Of a DNA stretch of 59,528 bases, positions 55,513 through 59,528 are shown one piece after another. Position numbers and translations under genes: made by a program. Numbering within the stretch: the stretch's first letter is position 1; every line of letters starts with the position of its first letter. The notes under the pieces were generated by a model that made no database searches, had not been told where the DNA came from, and saw only the letters and a program-made list of their open reading frames with translations. This DNA is from Candidatus Kaiserbacteria bacterium RIFCSPHIGHO2_01_FULL_53_31. GTDB lineage: Bacteria > Patescibacteriota > Minisyncoccia > Phycocordibacterales > Phycocordibacteraceae. The stretch is from assembly GCA_001781095.1 (NCBI GenBank), contig MFKU01000014.1, positions 1 through 59,528 on the forward strand. The letters run 5' to 3'.

Positions 55513-55543
55513 AGCCCTCGGATTTCGGTCCGGGGGCTTTTTT
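55513..55543 (+). terminator. Intrinsic terminator
   Basis: AGCCCTCGGAT-TTCG-GTCCGGGGGCT followed by a T-run. Confidence 0.7.
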
Positions 55544-56100
55544 GTCGCTGCCTTTATGAGGAAGGCGTTGAGGTTTCTCTACCTACGCGCCTGGCGCCCA
55601 CTGGCGCTCCTTTCAACCTTGCGTGGATCAAGCAGTGTCGTATGATACGCGGCTCGCGGGAGGGTGATCGTGCCGAGCAATAAATCCGTCGCCGCCAGCG
55701 ATCGAACCTGATAACGGTGGCTCTGCAATAGGATACGCGGGCTCTCGCACAACCGCCATTAATTCTGGGTGCCCAGAGTATGAGGCAATTATAAGTATAT
55801 TTCAAGACCGAAATTACATGGATAAAATGGCTCAGCAGTTGCTGTTTATCAAAATGCTTCAACGGGCGGAGGAATCTCAGAATGTATGAGGACGGGACGG
55901 AAATGAAGGGTCGAACCCGAGCATGAGGCTAATATAACCGGGGTTTTGAAATGACAAACGCTCCCGAGCTGGAGCGTTTGGATGGCATGTCTTTTTGGGC
56001 ACCATCTCAATCAAGCCGTGCTACAGAATAAGTGAGTGGTCATTTCTCAGATTAATTAGGCTCTACCTACTCAGACAACTTTTCCAAGAAGCCAGTCAAC

Positions 56101-56526
56101 TTATTGCGAGTAGATCTCCGAGGAAACAAGTACAATGTTATCCCAATGCTGTCTTGGCACATTATTCGTAATCACATCATTCAGTTCCTGTCTCTTGTTC
56201 CCCGGCACAATAACATAGAGTTTTGAAGGAAGTCCATTCTTGCTACGATTGGAGCACAGGCAATACTGAGTGATGGAGTGTTGTGTGCCGATATCACCTT
56301 CGCCTGTTTTTGCTTCACCTCGGGCGATACGCCCTGATGAAGTGTGCGTGCTGCAGATATCAGGTATTTTGTTCTCCCCATCTCCTATCGTGCCACTGTT
56401 TTCAATCACATCCGGCTTCTTATGACCCTCAATATCAATGGCGGTGATGGTATAACCGTCACGCTTCATGACTTGTGCGAGTTCAGCTATGAGGTCTACG
56501 TGCTTTTTACTTTCGGTCTTTTGCAT
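56101..56526 (-). CDS. Hypothetical protein, possible PD-(D/E)xK-like fold
   Basis: 141-aa ORF; KIPDI..GEAKT spacing resembles a PD..ExK motif. Confidence 0.55.
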   Translation of the reverse strand: MQKTESKKHVDLIAELAQVMKRDGYTITAIDIEGHKKPDVIENSGTIGDGENKIPDICSTHTSSGRIARGEAKTGEGDIGTQHSITQYCLCSNRSKNGLPSKLYVIVPGNKRQELNDVITNNVPRQHWDNIVLVSSEIYSQ

Positions 56527-56727
56527 AAATTGTTTATGCTACTAACTACTGATAGCATCATTAAGCTGGGAAAGGGATCGATCGCACCCTTCCCATTATG
56601 TCTGTAAATCACATTGATTCGCGCAGACAAACCCAGTGTAACTCTCTCGATGAGTCTGTAAAGAGTCTATTTACATTGAGGTGTGCATAACTTTTCTATT
56701 GACGGCAGAGGGCATTATAATGAGCGT

Positions 56728-57339
56728 ATGGAGATGCACGAGACTCAGAAAAAGCTCTTGAAATACCTCAAAAATGTAGAAGACTTGGAAGGGATAAGTC
56801 TCAGGCATATAGCACGGGAGGTGGGTATTAATAACGCCCAAACAGTTTCCCATCATTTGAAGCAGCTTGAAAAGCACGGCTATATTCGAAGGAATTTCAG
56901 TAATCCAGCCCTATTTGAGATTCTCAAAGACCCTGTAGAAGATGTTGTTTACTTAGATCTTCTTGGTTTTGCTCAATGTGGCAATGAAGCGGAATTCTTT
57001 TCTGACGGAAATCTCAAAGAAAAGATTGCCATATCAACTAAATTGTTTGGTATCCGAGATCCACAAGATGCTTTTTTAGTGAGAGCAAAAGGAGATTCGA
57101 TGTTACCAGATATTGTAGAGAGAGACTTGATCCTTTGCGATAAAAGAGACGACGTTGATAGCGGCAGCATTGCTCTTGTGATAGATGGAGATGAACCAAA
57201 ACTAAAGAGAGTTATTAAGAAGAGTAGAAATGAATACATTCTCAATTCTATTAATCGGAAATATGACGATAAGTCTGTGAAAAGAGGTCAGGACTTTAGA
57301 ATTCTTGGTGTCGGAAGAAGTGTAATAAGGGGTTTATAA
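56728..57339 (+). CDS. LexA-like repressor (winged HTH plus S24 peptidase)
   Basis: SLRHIAREVGI..VSHHLKQLEKHGYI; QCG cleavage-like site; AKGDSM (Ser) and PKLKR (Lys). Confidence 0.85.
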   Translation: MEMHETQKKLLKYLKNVEDLEGISLRHIAREVGINNAQTVSHHLKQLEKHGYIRRNFSNPALFEILKDPVEDVVYLDLLGFAQCGNEAEFFSDGNLKEKIAISTKLFGIRDPQDAFLVRAKGDSMLPDIVERDLILCDKRDDVDSGSIALVIDGDEPKLKRVIKKSRNEYILNSINRKYDDKSVKRGQDFRILGVGRSVIRGL

Positions 57340-57346
57340 TACTCAT

Positions 57347-58216
57347 ATGGAAATAAACTCACCATTTCGATACCCGGGCGGAAAATTCTACGCCAGGAAA
57401 CTCATAATGGAGTTATTACCAATACACGATTTTTATATTGAGCCATTCGCAGGTGGTGGTTCGGTATTTTTTGCTAAAGAAAAGGTAAAGGAGAATTGGC
57501 TGAATGATATGGATACAGAACTAATTAACTGTCTCTCTGTAATTCAGAAAAGGCCGCAGGATCTTATAGCAGCTCTTGAGGGTGAGGCTGCCACAAAGGA
57601 GCGACATAAATACTTCAAAAATGAATACCAACCTCGGAATCAACTTGAAAGAGCAAAACGATGGTTTTATTTGAATCGAACCTCTTACTCGGGAATAATG
57701 ATGATGCAAAATTGTTTTTGGGGCTATGGAGATAAATATAGTATGCGTCCAGAAAACTGGCCCAGAAATATTCTTCGTACCTCAGAAAAATTAAAAGGAG
57801 TTAAATTAACGTCTCTGGATTTTGAAGATGTCATCGATCAGGCACCTGACGGCGCCTTTCTTTTCTTAGACCCACCCTACTTTAACGCAGACCAAGATAA
57901 GTTTTATACACATTCATTTGCAAAGGATGATCATTTCCGTCTCAGTGACGTATTGAGGAGACACGCGGATCGACTCACATACCTAATTACTTACGATAAT
58001 TCTCCAGAGGTCAGAGAAATCTACTCGTGGGCTAATCATATCCTTGAAAAAGAGTGGAACTATACGATCAGTCGAACGGACGACCAGAAAACAAAAATAA
58101 AACGTAAGGGATCGAGGTCTAAAGGAAGAGAGATATTTATTCTTAATTATGGACCCAGCTATCAACAGGCTCCTTTATTCGACGAAGCCATCCAGTACGC
58201 GTACAGCATTGCTTAG
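57347..58216 (+). CDS. Dam/D12-class DNA adenine methyltransferase
   Basis: SPFRYPGGK, EPFAGGGSV, LNDMD, FLDPPY. Confidence 0.93.
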   Translation: MEINSPFRYPGGKFYARKLIMELLPIHDFYIEPFAGGGSVFFAKEKVKENWLNDMDTELINCLSVIQKRPQDLIAALEGEAATKERHKYFKNEYQPRNQLERAKRWFYLNRTSYSGIMMMQNCFWGYGDKYSMRPENWPRNILRTSEKLKGVKLTSLDFEDVIDQAPDGAFLFLDPPYFNADQDKFYTHSFAKDDHFRLSDVLRRHADRLTYLITYDNSPEVREIYSWANHILEKEWNYTISRTDDQKTKIKRKGSRSKGREIFILNYGPSYQQAPLFDEAIQYAYSIA

Positions 58217-59011
58217 ATAATGCCAGGGGGTTTGAGGTTCTAACGTTTCCGTAGTAAATGTGATAACCGGATAGTTTGGTATAAATCCGCAATTACGTTT
58301 TTTGGTGCATCGTCGACGTGTACATCGCACCCCGTTGTTGGCCACAGCAAGATCAGAGGCTTTGGCAATGTACATTTGACTGAAGGCAAAATCTTTTAAA
58401 GGCATCTCGGGTGAAATACCGTACTTGGCTCGCAGTGCCTCTAAAAACGCAATTCCATCTGAAGTGGGGGTCCAAGTGAAAAAACCAGTATTCGGATCGG
58501 TTTCGTAAAAAGCGTTACCTATGGACGTAATAACTACATCAAAATCTCCAGGTAAATATTGGTCGTTGTGCACTTTTAGTTGGGCCTCGGTCACATGAAA
58601 TCGTGGCGCCAATGCCTTGACCATCGCTTCACCAAGAGTGCGCGATCGCATGCACTTTACAGAAATCTCTGAAGAACCACTGGATTGATGCCGAAATCGA
58701 CCTTTCCCAGCAAGTTTACATTCAACATTTATTGCTCGTCCGGATGAAAGGTGGGTGATATTTACATCGATGTCATGCGCTCCTTGTTGAGCGTTCATCG
58801 GAGTTTTGCTCACTCTCCACGTGTGCTCATCCAGTATGCCTTGTAGAGCAAGCAGGACAGAAAATTCAAAGGCCTTCCCGCGTATCATAGGTACTACTTT
58901 TGGCTCATATAGGGTGTTCGCTAAGTATTCAATCGGAATATCGTATTCCTTGCAATATGCCTCAATCCTTCGTTGCCATTCTTCCATTGTGGCAAGCATC
59001 GCATTTCTCAC
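58175..59011 (-). CDS. Putative type II restriction endonuclease
   Basis: GKAFEF..HDIDV..VECKL PD-(D/E)xK-like motif; convergent with and overlapping the MTase. Confidence 0.65.
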   Translation of the reverse strand: MRNAMLATMEEWQRRIEAYCKEYDIPIEYLANTLYEPKVVPMIRGKAFEFSVLLALQGILDEHTWRVSKTPMNAQQGAHDIDVNITHLSSGRAINVECKLAGKGRFRHQSSGSSEISVKCMRSRTLGEAMVKALAPRFHVTEAQLKVHNDQYLPGDFDVVITSIGNAFYETDPNTGFFTWTPTSDGIAFLEALRAKYGISPEMPLKDFAFSQMYIAKASDLAVANNGVRCTRRRCTKKRNCGFIPNYPVITFTTETLEPQTPWHYLSNAVRVLDGFVE

Positions 59012-59194
59012 GATTATTTACAAACTCACAGTTGTGCGAGTAATCGATAGGTAAACCCTCATCAACACCGCTTATTCGCTTCCTGCTAACGAGTTTAAGT
59101 CGAATTGGTACATTTCCTCATTCGTGAGGTTTATTATCGTACGCAAAGGCATTATTATTTTTATGATTTATTGATTTTTATCAATCTTTATTCT

Positions 59195-59521
59195 ATGGCA
59201 AAAGGAGGATACCGTCCGGGAGCAGGGAGAAAGAAAGGATTCAATGCTATCAAAGCTGAACAAGCCAGAGCATATGTTATTGAACGAATAACGAAAGAAC
59301 TTGACTCTATCATCACAGCTCAGATAGAAGCTGCGAAGGGAATATATGTTGAGGAAGTGAACGAAAAAGGAGAACGGATCAGAGTATTCAAGAAAGAGCC
59401 GAATCTAAGAACAGGAGAATTCTTATTGAACCAAAACATAGGAAGATCGAAGGAAACGATAGAAACACACAAAATGCCGACAATAGACTGGGATGCTGTG
59501 AGAGCAGAATTTAGAGCTTGA
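59195..59521 (+). CDS. Phage-like DNA-binding protein (terminase small-subunit-like N-terminus)
   Basis: MAKGGYRPGAGRKKG basic motif of the kind seen at the start of phage packaging-region genes; low GC. Confidence 0.45.
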   Translation: MAKGGYRPGAGRKKGFNAIKAEQARAYVIERITKELDSIITAQIEAAKGIYVEEVNEKGERIRVFKKEPNLRTGEFLLNQNIGRSKETIETHKMPTIDWDAVRAEFRA

Positions 59522-59528
59522 AAGATGT

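Overview
This window looks like chromosomal DNA from a small-genome Patescibacteria/CPR bacterium, probably Parcubacteria. That assignment is inferred from gene content: compact polA, an H+-PPase, type IV pili, split comEC, a VirB4/PrgI cluster and tRNA genes without encoded CCA. It spans the rpmH-dnaA-dnaN origin region and many housekeeping genes (ruvABC, polA, recJ, rnhA, murE, PBP, pgk, tpiA, rny, clpP, nusA, HU) plus six tRNAs. The main accessory system is a complete diversity-generating retroelement (DGR) at about 33.06-35.82 kb. It has a target gene with a variable repeat (VR), a template repeat (TR) differing from VR only at 8 adenines, a structured TR leader, an Avd-like gene and a reverse transcriptase, followed by a RelBE-type toxin-antitoxin pair. 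Unusually, avd lies antisense, head-to-head with the RT gene. One G10 homopolymer (34801-34810) sits in the 5' ends of both genes, and adding one G restores an ATG-initiated frame for both at once. This is either a two-strand phase-variation switch or a homopolymer assembly error. Other points of note are palindromic mini-elements inserted in frame in proteins, an unannotated Cys-rich micropeptide unit, tRNA-Arg(GCG), and a low-GC right end with a LexA-like regulator, a methyltransferase/endonuclease pair and a phage-like gene. All calls come from reading the sequence; no database searches were run.
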